A DNA stretch of 64,000 nt from Candidatus Thorarchaeota archaeon (GTDB lineage: Archaea; Asgardarchaeota; Thorarchaeia; Thorarchaeales; Thorarchaeaceae), in the NCBI GenBank assembly GCA_020348985.1, contig CP070761.1, positions 1,127,093 to 1,191,092 on the forward strand, in the 5' to 3' direction. Of the stretch, positions 1 to 8,916 are shown one piece after another (position 1 is the stretch's first letter; the number at the start of each line of letters is the position of its first letter). Under the pieces are notes generated by a model, which saw nothing but the letters and a program-made list of their open reading frames with translations, made no database searches and was not told where the DNA came from. The translations under genes were made by a program, and so were the position numbers.

Positions 1-1238
1 ATATCGAATGGGATACTGTACTCTTCGTCACTTCGATGATGATAATTGTAGCAGTAGCCGCCGCCTCAGGAATGTTCCAGTATATAGCACTGATGCTTGT
101 CAGGCCAAGCAGAGGAGATCAAAGGTATCTCTTCGTAACCTTTCTTTTGTTTGTTCTAGGCATTTCATTGTTCTTCGATACCGTCTCAACCATGCTAATT
201 ATGGCACCACTTACCATAGAAGTCTGTAAGGCACTGGAGATTGATTTCAAACCGTTTCTCATAGCTGAGTCAATCACGTGTAATTTTGCCTCAATTCCTT
301 CTATTGTTGGTGCAGTTCCGAATCTTGTCATTGCTACTCAAGTAGAAAGAGAGACTGGACGGTCGATCGTGGGAGAATTGTTCCTGGTCTTTTTGCCCTT
401 AGCCATAATCCTCTTCGTAGTTTCAACCCCGCTCTTTCTCCGATATTACAAAGTGTCATTTGGAACTACTGATTCGCACAGAATGGAGGTTGTGGCGGAA
501 ATAGACCCCTCTTCAATGATAACGTCAAGACGAGACTTCTATGCATCTGCGATTGCAATCGTTATTCTTGTTGTGGGCTTCGGATTCGGTCCTGGATTTG
601 GACTGCGCCCACCCGTTGTCGCTTTGGTCATCGCAGCTTTCTTCCTCATACTATCTCATGATCGTGCCAATGACTTCTTGATGAAGATCGGATGGGACAC
701 AGTGTTCTTCCTTGTTGGTCTCTTTGGTCTCGTAGGAGCGCTCATCATCACTGGCCTGATTGATGACCTGGCGGTATACACTTCTGCTATCATCGGAGAC
801 AATCTGACTATTGCGACATCGTTTATGATTTGGATTCCCGCCATGCTTTCTGCCTTTCTAGACAACCTTCCAGTATCGATGGTCCTGGCACCTATAGCAG
901 TCTTCGAGGGACTTCCAGCCGCAATAACAGGGATCCTACCATTCGCACTAATCTTTGCCGTAAACATTGGGGGGTATATCTTCACTCCTCTTGGTTCACC
1001 AGCTAACATGGTTGCTATGGGATTCTCTGAGAGAGAGCACAATCCAATATCCTTCATGGAGTTCGCAAAGATAGGTACGATTCTGGGTTTCATTCATTTG
1101 GGGCTAGGCACAGGATGGTTACTTCTGGTTGGAATGTTCGGGATACTTCCAGTCTTCCTGATTGGCATGGCAATAGCGGTAGTCTTGCTAGCAATATTCA
1201 TGAGGCCCTTTGTGAAAGCATCTTCAGAGCAAGCATGA
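1..1238 (+). CDS. ArsB/NhaD (SLC13/CitMHS-like) family permease, 5'-truncated at window edge
   Basis: Frame is open from base 3 (IEWDTVLFVTSMM...); multi-TM; motifs SAFLDNLP and PLGSPANMVA; paralog of the next gene. Confidence 0.85.
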   Translation, partial: IEWDTVLFVTSMMIIVAVAAASGMFQYIALMLVRPSRGDQRYLFVTFLLFVLGISLFFDTVSTMLIMAPLTIEVCKALEIDFKPFLIAESITCNFASIPSIVGAVPNLVIATQVERETGRSIVGELFLVFLPLAIILFVVSTPLFLRYYKVSFGTTDSHRMEVVAEIDPSSMITSRRDFYASAIAIVILVVGFGFGPGFGLRPPVVALVIAAFFLILSHDRANDFLMKIGWDTVFFLVGLFGLVGALIITGLIDDLAVYTSAIIGDNLTIATSFMIWIPAMLSAFLDNLPVSMVLAPIAVFEGLPAAITGILPFALIFAVNIGGYIFTPLGSPANMVAMGFSEREHNPISFMEFAKIGTILGFIHLGLGTGWLLLVGMFGILPVFLIGMAIAVVLLAIFMRPFVKASSEQA

Positions 1239-1313
1239 GCCGAACAAACTAAATCGGTGGTCGAAGAGTGCTGTTCTGGTTTCTCAGTGTTGAGACTTAG
1301 GTGATTTGAAAGA

Positions 1314-2672
1314 ATGGAGCCTGTGACGTTTGCTGTCTTAGTGGTCTTCGTTGGAACCTATATCGCAATCTCATCTGAAAAGGTGAACAGGACTGCCGCG
1401 GCGCTGCTAGGAATGGGCCTCATAGGCGTGGTTCTCGTAGTAACCCGCACAAGTACCTTCAGACATGTTGTTGAGTTGATAGAATGGCATACCGTCTTGT
1501 TTGTTACTGCAATGATGGCAATCGTGACTATTGCTGCCGGTTCAGGGATGTTCCAGTACTTGGCTATCCAGCTGACACGTCCCTCACATGGACTAACAAA
1601 GCGCCTGTTTGTCTATTTCCTTTCCTTTGTTTTCGTGATATCGATCTTCCTCGATACGACATCCACAATGCTGATCATGGCACCTCTAACCATCGAGGTA
1701 TGCAAGGCTCTTGAGATTGATTTCAAACCATTTCTAATCGCAGAAGCTGTCGTCTGTAATTTCGCATCAATCCCGACAATTGTGGGAGCTGTCCCAAACT
1801 TGGTCATCGCCGAAGCAGCATCCCTTGATCAAGGATTGCTGTTTGTGTTGATGATGCCTCTCTCAATGCTTCTATTCGGTGTTTCAGTACCAATCTTCCT
1901 GTATTTCTTCAATAAGCAATTGACTCAAGCAGACACGGACCTAGTTGAAGAATTCTTGCTCATAGATGCCTCATACATGATAAGATCAAGGAGAGACTTC
2001 TACCTGTCGGTAATCGGAATAGGTGTCCTTGTTGTTGGTTTCACGTTGGGTCATACCATAGGTTTTCAGCCGTCGATGATTGCCATTGTTGTTGCCGCCT
2101 TCTTGCTTCTTCTAACAAGAGAGTGGGTTGATGATGTGTTGAAGAAGATCAACTGGGGAACCGTTTTCTTTTTGATTGGACTTTTCGGACTGGTGGCGGC
2201 GCTTCAGATAACTGGCGTAATAGTTGCCCTTGGTGATACAATAGAATCAATAATAGGGGCTAACGAAGCATTTGGCGTTCTCTTCATGTGTTGGGTTCCA
2301 AGCCTAGTTTCCGCGGTAGTTGATAACATTCCAATTGCTACAATACTGGCACCAATCGCCACAGGGCTTGCAAGCACAAGTTGGTTACTGCCCTATGTTC
2401 TGATATTCGCAGTCAATGTTGGAGGATTTATTCTGCCCATCGGTGCTCCAGCCAATATACTGGCCATCTCGTTATCAGAGAAGGAGCGGAATCCAATCAG
2501 ATTCTACGATTTCGCAAGGATAGCGACTCCGCTAGGTCTCCTGATGTTGGTTGTGGGAACTGGATGGTTCCTTCTAGTTGGAGTATTCGGAATACTGCCA
2601 GTCTTCTTGGCGGGTATTGTGATTGCCTCGGTTATGTTGGTAGTGTCAATGAGACTCTTCTTGAAAGCATGA
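1314..2672 (+). CDS. ArsB/NhaD family permease
   Basis: 452 aa, about 12 TM; SEKVNRTAAALLG, SAVVDNIP, PIGAPANILA; GGTGA RBS. Confidence 0.85.
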   Translation: MEPVTFAVLVVFVGTYIAISSEKVNRTAAALLGMGLIGVVLVVTRTSTFRHVVELIEWHTVLFVTAMMAIVTIAAGSGMFQYLAIQLTRPSHGLTKRLFVYFLSFVFVISIFLDTTSTMLIMAPLTIEVCKALEIDFKPFLIAEAVVCNFASIPTIVGAVPNLVIAEAASLDQGLLFVLMMPLSMLLFGVSVPIFLYFFNKQLTQADTDLVEEFLLIDASYMIRSRRDFYLSVIGIGVLVVGFTLGHTIGFQPSMIAIVVAAFLLLLTREWVDDVLKKINWGTVFFLIGLFGLVAALQITGVIVALGDTIESIIGANEAFGVLFMCWVPSLVSAVVDNIPIATILAPIATGLASTSWLLPYVLIFAVNVGGFILPIGAPANILAISLSEKERNPIRFYDFARIATPLGLLMLVVGTGWFLLVGVFGILPVFLAGIVIASVMLVVSMRLFLKA

Positions 2673-2817
2673 ATGAATGCCAACTAGTCAACCGGTCGAT
2701 GTTGATCACCCAATGCAAAACCTCCATAAATCCAAATTATACCTTCTTCAGATCATACATCTGCGGCTTACGAAAACTATGAAATGGGAGTTAATCTGAA
2801 CCAATACAGACTGTCAA

Positions 2818-3315
2818 ATGCCTAAGCGCGCTCGATGTCCACATTGTGACAAGCTGTACAACAGAGATCTTTTGGACAGTCACATCAAGCGCTGTAGACA
2901 AAGGCGTAGAGTCGAATTACGAACGAAGGAACAGGACGGACGGAAGACCGTTGTAGTGGACGGCAATAACGTGGCGCATTATCTCTCAAGTGATGGAGTT
3001 CCAAGAGCATCTAATCTAGTCATAGCACACAGAAGTCTGTCTAATTCTGGGCTCAGTCCAGTCTTCGTTGTATCTGCGGCGCTGAAGCATAGAATAGACA
3101 AACCGGCCGCACTAAGTCAGATGATTGATGATGGACTGCTCAGAGAGGCCCCTAGAGGAAAAGATGATGACCTCTTCATAATCAGAACTGCTCAAGAGTT
3201 GAGAGCTGATATCGTCTCAAATGACCGTTTCTTGAAGTATCTGAATCGGTTTCCTTGGTTGCCAGATAGGCTCCTTAGGTATCGGATGACACCAGCAGGT
3301 TTGATTCTCATCTAG
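2818..3315 (+). CDS. C2HC zinc finger + Zc3h12a/Regnase-like NYN (PIN) ribonuclease
   Basis: CPHC-x11-H-x3-C; VVVDGNNVAH, DDDLFII, IVSNDRF acidic PIN motifs. Confidence 0.75.
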   Translation: MPKRARCPHCDKLYNRDLLDSHIKRCRQRRRVELRTKEQDGRKTVVVDGNNVAHYLSSDGVPRASNLVIAHRSLSNSGLSPVFVVSAALKHRIDKPAALSQMIDDGLLREAPRGKDDDLFIIRTAQELRADIVSNDRFLKYLNRFPWLPDRLLRYRMTPAGLILI

Positions 3316-3324
3316 CTTGTGATT

Positions 3325-3699
3325 CTACCTCTTGAACTGAAGCAGTTCCAATATATTACCAGAGGGGTCTCTAAATGCCATGAAAGTACCAGCTGGAAAC
3401 TCCTGTGGTCCATCATGAAGGAACTCAACACCTGAGTCCTTGAGTTTTCTCGAGGTCTTTTCCAGATTCTTGGTCTCAACAGCCAACACAACTTGTGATG
3501 ATGATGGATAGGTGGCGGGGTTGGGTTCTTCCGTTTTCTCAATAACCACTGTGGGACCATCATTCTCAAGTGTGACCAAGCACGTCTCATCATACACATA
3601 ATCAACTTTGAAACCTAGTTTGTTCACGTAGAAGTCTAGAGATGCCTCCATGTCTGTGACGTAGATTCCAATCACACAGAAACTTGACAGAGTATTCAC
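3325..3699 (-). CDS. VOC/glyoxalase family protein
   Basis: IYVTDMEASLDFYVNKLGF ... FRDPSGNILELLQ. Confidence 0.85.
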   Translation of the reverse strand: MNTLSSFCVIGIYVTDMEASLDFYVNKLGFKVDYVYDETCLVTLENDGPTVVIEKTEEPNPATYPSSSQVVLAVETKNLEKTSRKLKDSGVEFLHDGPQEFPAGTFMAFRDPSGNILELLQFKR

Positions 3700-3863
3700 C
3701 CGAGATGCTCACGCCAATTGATGCGTAATAAAACAGGAGATTCAAGCATTTTTCAAACTGCATTGACTGGAAATCCAAGTAGGAAGTGTCATCGCATCAA
3801 AAGCGTTAAAATGACACAGAGATTGCTGACTTAGACTGACACTTTGGTCGATGGTGAACATCA

Positions 3864-5636
3864 ATGTTGGCGAGCGAGCTGAAGAAACTCTACTTGAAGT
3901 TCTTCAAAGAGAGAGGACATGCTATCATTCCGTCTGCCTCGCTCTTGCCAGAGCACGACCCAACTGTGCTTTTCATATCGGCTGGAATGCATCCTTTGGT
4001 TCCCTATCTTCTAGGTCAGCCCCACCCAATGGGTAACCGATTGGCAGACTGTCAGAAGTGCCTGAGAACAACTGACATCGAAGAGGTAGGTGATGCAACG
4101 CACCTGACATTCTTGGAGATGTTGGGCAATTGGAGTCTCAATGACTACTGGAAGAAAGAGGCAATCGAGTGGTCCTACGAATTCTTGACATCCAAGAAAT
4201 GGTTGGGTTTTGACCCAGAGAAACTCTCTGTCACCGTTTTTGCCGGTGACGAAGATGCCCCCCGCGATGATGAAGCTGCAAAGATATGGAAGAGCTTGGG
4301 AATTCCAGAAGAACGAATTTACTACCTTCCGAAAGAAGAGAACTGGTGGGGGCCTGCAGGAACAACTGGCCCCTGTGGTCCATGCACTGAGATGTTCATT
4401 AGAATTGACGAGCTTCCGTTGTGTGGTCCTGAGTGCAGACCGGGCTGCAATTGCGGTGCTTGGTTTGAGATATGGAATGACGTCTTCATGTATTATAACA
4501 AGACAGCCGAAGGTAGCTATGAGCAGCTGGAGCACAGGAATATAGACACGGGTATGGGACTTGAACGCACGGCAGCTATGCTCCAAGGCAAAAAGACTGT
4601 CTACGAGATTGAGTTGTTTAGACCATTGATGGAGAAGATTCGAGAACTCTCAGGAAAGAATGAAGTTACCGAGGAAGAAGACAAGCTTGAGAGAATCATA
4701 GCTGACCATGTCAGATCTGCCATCATGATTATGGCTGACGATGCAAGGATTGCGCCTTCTAATTTGGAGCATGGATACATCGTACGCCGTCTGCTGAGAA
4801 AGGCGATTCACATTGGAGACAAGCTAGGAATCGGTTCAGGATTCATGCTCCAGCTTGCTGAGATTGTCATCGACATGCATAAGGACGCTTATGAAGAAGT
4901 GAAGCGGAACCGGGATTTCATATTGGAGAATCTTGAGCTTGAAGAAGCCAAGTTCAGGAAGACTCTTGGAAAGGCCCTGAGGAAGTTCGACAGAATCTTG
5001 CAGGAAGCTGGCACTGTGACAGGCAAAGACGCGTTCCTGTTGTTCACCAGTTTCGGTCTTCCTCTGGAGATGACAAGAGACCTTGCAGAGGAGAAACGCA
5101 TCGAGATCAACATGGAAGAATTCACGGAGGAGTTCGAGCGTCACAGAGAGATTTCGAGAACTGCGACAGAGTGGAAGTTCAGCGGCGGGTTGGCGGACCA
5201 TAGCGAAGAGATTACTATGCTTCACACGGCCACTCATCTCTTGCAGGAGGCTCTTAGAAGAGTCCTCGGAGAAAAAGTGTCCCAGTCTGGCAGTAACATC
5301 ACGAAAGAGCGCTTGCGATTCGACTTCACATTCGATAGGAAGCTGACACCTGAAGAGGTGAAAGAAGTTGAGGACCTTGTCAACGGCGTGATTGGGAGGA
5401 ACCTTGAGGTCACTCAGGAGTTCATGTCATTGGATGACGCGTTGGCTAGTGGAGCGTTGGCATTCTTCAAGGAGACCTATGGTGATGAGGTCTCGGTATA
5501 CTATGTGGGCGACTTCAGCAAGGAAATCTGTGGAGGACCCCATGTTCAAAGAAGTGGTCTACTAGGACGATTTAGAATTGCAAAGCAGAAGAAGATAGGA
5601 GCCGGCATAATTCGGATTAGAGCAGTTCTAGAATGA
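3864..5636 (+). CDS. alaS: Alanine--tRNA ligase, short form lacking the C-Ala domain
   Basis: DPTVLFISAGMHPL, HLTFLEMLGNWS, IDTGMGLER, HTATHLL, EICGGPHV; 590 aa. Confidence 0.95.
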   Translation: MLASELKKLYLKFFKERGHAIIPSASLLPEHDPTVLFISAGMHPLVPYLLGQPHPMGNRLADCQKCLRTTDIEEVGDATHLTFLEMLGNWSLNDYWKKEAIEWSYEFLTSKKWLGFDPEKLSVTVFAGDEDAPRDDEAAKIWKSLGIPEERIYYLPKEENWWGPAGTTGPCGPCTEMFIRIDELPLCGPECRPGCNCGAWFEIWNDVFMYYNKTAEGSYEQLEHRNIDTGMGLERTAAMLQGKKTVYEIELFRPLMEKIRELSGKNEVTEEEDKLERIIADHVRSAIMIMADDARIAPSNLEHGYIVRRLLRKAIHIGDKLGIGSGFMLQLAEIVIDMHKDAYEEVKRNRDFILENLELEEAKFRKTLGKALRKFDRILQEAGTVTGKDAFLLFTSFGLPLEMTRDLAEEKRIEINMEEFTEEFERHREISRTATEWKFSGGLADHSEEITMLHTATHLLQEALRRVLGEKVSQSGSNITKERLRFDFTFDRKLTPEEVKEVEDLVNGVIGRNLEVTQEFMSLDDALASGALAFFKETYGDEVSVYYVGDFSKEICGGPHVQRSGLLGRFRIAKQKKIGAGIIRIRAVLE

Positions 5637-5908
5637 GCTTGTTTGGTTAGAGAATGCGGCTAGAGTGAGCTGGAAGGGTTACGAAGCTCGCGTGTTGAGT
5701 CTAGGATTCGAAGTCTTGAGTTTGCTTCCGAAAAGAGAAAAAAATCAGGTTGACAGAGAAATGGAGAGGCAACTCCCCATTTCAAGGGCCTAAGCCCGCG
5801 AAATCTCATTCCGAAAAGAGTTAGAAATCATGATCTGCGTTTGAAACATTAAAAAAATGGGCGTGCCAATCGGGGATGATTGGTTGCAGTTACGGAGAGG
5901 AGATTCAG

Positions 5909-6352
5909 ATGACCGAAATGAATAGGTCTTGGAGAAGTGCACCTGTGTTCACAGCAGCAGGGGTCTTACTCATTGTGCAAGCCGTCGTTAGTAACGTGCT
6001 CATTTTGATGTTCTTGCCAGGTAGCTTTAGCATAATGTTTCTTCTTGGGTCCGTATTGGCCTTACTCGCCTTAACGATGTATGTCGGCGCTCAATTGGCT
6101 CGCACCTCGCGCATAGCATCTTTGTGGGGCTTGTTCTGGGGCATCTTGATTATTGTGGTGACGATTGGAATCCATGGTGGTCCATATGGTACACTCTTTG
6201 GTCCATACATCTCACCATCGATAGAAGCTATGGCTATCCTTCCGGGAATCGCTGGAGGAGTGCTTGGCGTTCTGGCGGCAGTCGTCTCATGGGCTGAGAA
6301 CACAAGACCATCCACAATGAAAGCTGAGCCAGTCACCCATCTGACAGGTTGA
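5909..6352 (+). CDS. Hypothetical 4-TM membrane protein
   Basis: Four hydrophobic segments; GGAG RBS before ATG 5909. Confidence 0.6.
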   Translation: MTEMNRSWRSAPVFTAAGVLLIVQAVVSNVLILMFLPGSFSIMFLLGSVLALLALTMYVGAQLARTSRIASLWGLFWGILIIVVTIGIHGGPYGTLFGPYISPSIEAMAILPGIAGGVLGVLAAVVSWAENTRPSTMKAEPVTHLTG

Positions 6353-6473
6353 AATCCCTAAATAAGGACTAGCCCTGGAGCTGGCATCCAATTCATACAG
6401 ACTTTTCTGTAGACCGAGTTCGGAAGCTAATATGTCTTATTCAATGTAATACTTTATAAGGACAGATGAAATG

Positions 6474-6496
6474 GGTATTATGTAATACCATTACAT
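6474..6496. promoter_or_regulatory. Putative operator (overlapping inverted repeats) upstream of the ARPP-1-like gene
   Basis: GGTATTA-TG-TAATACC and ATGTAAT-ACC-ATTACAT; second ATGTAATAC at 6444 abuts TATA-like TTTATAAG. Confidence 0.5.
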
Positions 6497-6512
6497 GGGG
6501 TAGAGCAAAGAA

Positions 6513-7505
6513 TTGTCAAGTTCATCGGGCGCGGCTCAGATAAGAGCACTAGCCGACGAAATCCTTCAAGAGGAGTCATTCCGGTTAGAAGGCCCAATTT
6601 GCCATGAATCAGTCTCATTGATTCCAATTGTCACAACAGAGGAAGTAGGGAGCCAACCCAACTTCATGAACGCTGCCGAGGCGCTTTCCACGGGCGTACT
6701 GCAGATAATTGAAGGTGGAGACAGTGTAGAGCTCATTATAGCTCAAAACATGGGACAGATCCCTATCTTGATTGAAGAAGGAGAAGTTCTGAAAGCCGAC
6801 GGCTCGCAGGACAGAATTGTCGTCACTAACATCGTCATTCAGCCAGGCGACCGTATCAGAATCCCGGTCAAGTGTGTACATGCACCACATGCATTGCACG
6901 CCGGATCCAGATTCAGGTCAATTGGCGCTGGGTCGTACAATATGAGAGCTGGTCTCAAGCGTGCCAAGTATCAATCCATCATGACCGATGTTGAACACTA
7001 TACGCCTGAACACGCCGTTGACCAAAGCGAAGTTTGGGAGAGCGCACGCCTAGAAGGTGTCGCAGCAGGGACAGCCGACCCAACAAAATACACTAAGGCT
7101 CTTGAGAAGCAGCGGAAGTCAGCTGAGAAGACCGCCAAGAAGTTCAGAAAAGAAATGCCAGAGAGGACATGTGGATTCATAGCGGTTGACAGCAAAGGCA
7201 TTGTCCGCTCAATAGAGATCTACCGTTCTGCTCGTGCGTTCCAAGGACGGTCAGGTTTCATCGAGTCGCTCTTGATGGCATTCTCGAAGAAAGGGGAGAA
7301 GACCCAAGAGAACGAGGTGGCACTTTCGACGGCTCTGCAGGTCTTGATGAAACTAAGGCGCATCTCAGATGAAACCGTGATTGTTCAGGAAGGTTCTGAT
7401 AATCTACACATCCGAGTCGACGAATTGACTGGCGAAGCCATAACCAGCAAGCAGCCTGACGGTACACACAGAGTCATTTATGCTTCACTGGGCACCACTG
7501 ACTAG
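6513..7505 (+). CDS. ARPP-1/DUF6569 family protein
   Basis: IIEGGDSVELIIAQN..PILIEEGEVL..QDRIV..IPVKCV..DQSEVW pattern recalled for this family. Confidence 0.6.
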   Translation: MSSSSGAAQIRALADEILQEESFRLEGPICHESVSLIPIVTTEEVGSQPNFMNAAEALSTGVLQIIEGGDSVELIIAQNMGQIPILIEEGEVLKADGSQDRIVVTNIVIQPGDRIRIPVKCVHAPHALHAGSRFRSIGAGSYNMRAGLKRAKYQSIMTDVEHYTPEHAVDQSEVWESARLEGVAAGTADPTKYTKALEKQRKSAEKTAKKFRKEMPERTCGFIAVDSKGIVRSIEIYRSARAFQGRSGFIESLLMAFSKKGEKTQENEVALSTALQVLMKLRRISDETVIVQEGSDNLHIRVDELTGEAITSKQPDGTHRVIYASLGTTD

Positions 7506-7536
7506 GAAACCGGTCAGGGCGCGAAAGCGGGACAAC

Positions 7537-7585
7537 GACGTCGAGGGGGTGTGGGACCCCATCGAACCCCCACCCCCTTGGCGTC
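7537..7585. terminator. GC-rich stem-loop between convergent genes (terminator or structured RNA)
   Basis: GACGTCGAGGGGGTG pairs with CACCCCCTTGGCGTC (15 bp, 2 G-U). Confidence 0.45.
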
Positions 7586-7602
7586 AACATGTCTTGCATG
7601 CT

Positions 7603-8043
7603 TCAGTTTTCTTCATTCTGAGAATTATCGTTGGCTTCCGACATATGCTGCTGACATATTCTCCAGTTCCCACCGCGTTTTTCTAGAACCCCGGTCCATC
7701 GAATATCTCTCGTGCCCCATGGTTTGCCATCGAATTCTCCTTCGTCATCTACGACAGCTGAAAACCAGGCCACGTCTCCACTCTTTGAGATTACAATTCT
7801 CAGATCTCTAATATCAAATCCTTTAGCTATGTTTCGTGGATCCATCCATCCGTCCAAGAATTTCTCAAACTGGCCCCACCCTATGACAGTACTCTTAGAG
7901 TCTGGATAATATGTAAAGAAGTCGTCATCTTGAGCAAAAATGCCCTCAAATAGTGCTCGATCTTTGGTTAGAGCCCATCCGAAAGCATCATGAAGAATTC
8001 TGCTGATTTCGTTTACAACTTTGGTTCTATTTGAAGTGAGCAA
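7603..8043 (-). CDS. NTF2/SnoaL-like domain protein
   Basis: IRWTGVLEKRGGNWRICQQHMS C-terminal NTF2 motif. Confidence 0.8.
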   Translation of the reverse strand: MLTSNRTKVVNEISRILHDAFGWALTKDRALFEGIFAQDDDFFTYYPDSKSTVIGWGQFEKFLDGWMDPRNIAKGFDIRDLRIVISKSGDVAWFSAVVDDEGEFDGKPWGTRDIRWTGVLEKRGGNWRICQQHMSEANDNSQNEEN

Positions 8044-8229
8044 ATCAAGTCAATGAGAAGTCGATTTTCTTCTGAGTCTTAAGTCTACTCAGCAAAGCAA
8101 CTCAAGTGCGTGTTAGCGGTGGAGAGAGAATAGAGACAGTAAGAACTATCTGAGCTTCTGTCATAGTTCTGCACCCCGAGCTTTGACTACTCCGGTAATC
8201 GAGTGAATGGTCTTCGTGTGGATTGCTAG

Positions 8230-8898
8230 GTGAAACTGATGGCGTTTTCAAGAATCTTTGGATCTGGCGACAAGAAACTACAGAAGAGAGCTGATGAATT
8301 GTTACTAAAGCTGAGCAAGGACTTCCAAGCTGCAAGTGCCAAGCTTCATGCCGCCGCCAAGGCTTGGAGCAAGGGTGATGTTAAGGTACTTGAGGAGATT
8401 GTTGGGGAGATTATAGAGATTGAGAGAGAAGCGGATTGCCTCAAGGACGAACTTGTAAACAGCATATTCTCTAAACATGCTTACCTTCCTCAACAGACAC
8501 AAGATAGGCACGAGCTTGTTATGCACATGGACGCAGTAATTGATGCCGCTGAAGAGGCCATTAGGTTGATGGCAATTGGGAAGAAGCGTAAGCCGCCCAA
8601 GTTGCTGGTCGAGATTGCTGAGAAATGCTGGTACTGCACGGACATGCTCCAGGACGCAATCAAGCTAATCTTCATTGACTTCGATGCAGCAGTTGAGTTG
8701 TCACATAAGATTGAAAAAGTCAGAGAGGAAGCACGGTCTCTGAAGTTCAAACTGCACGACCGGCTCTTCAATGATCCGAAGTGTGACCCAATTGATTCGA
8801 GTTATTACCACCATCTATCGCGAAGAATCATTGATGTGGCGATCCAGGCTGAAATAACAAGTGATTTCATCCGAGCGTTGGCTGTGAAGTACTCGTAG
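8230..8898 (+). CDS. DUF47 family Pit accessory/phosphate transport regulator
   Basis: IEREADCLKDEL..LPQQTQDRHEL helical bundle; adjacent to PiT. Confidence 0.8.
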   Translation: MKLMAFSRIFGSGDKKLQKRADELLLKLSKDFQAASAKLHAAAKAWSKGDVKVLEEIVGEIIEIEREADCLKDELVNSIFSKHAYLPQQTQDRHELVMHMDAVIDAAEEAIRLMAIGKKRKPPKLLVEIAEKCWYCTDMLQDAIKLIFIDFDAAVELSHKIEKVREEARSLKFKLHDRLFNDPKCDPIDSSYYHHLSRRIIDVAIQAEITSDFIRALAVKYS

Positions 8899-8916
8899 AA
8901 CAGGGGGCAGTATGCA

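Noticed and set aside
7510-7536. SRP RNA helix-8-like GGTCAGG..GAAA..CAAC
   Set aside because: Lacks the conserved AGCA(G/A) strand, and there is no room for a ~300-nt archaeal SRP RNA
8140-8172. Pho-box-like CTGTCAT within an AGAACTAT/ATAGTTCT inverted repeat upstream of DUF47-PiT
   Set aside because: Single half-site in an archaeon with no PhoB evidence; could be chance
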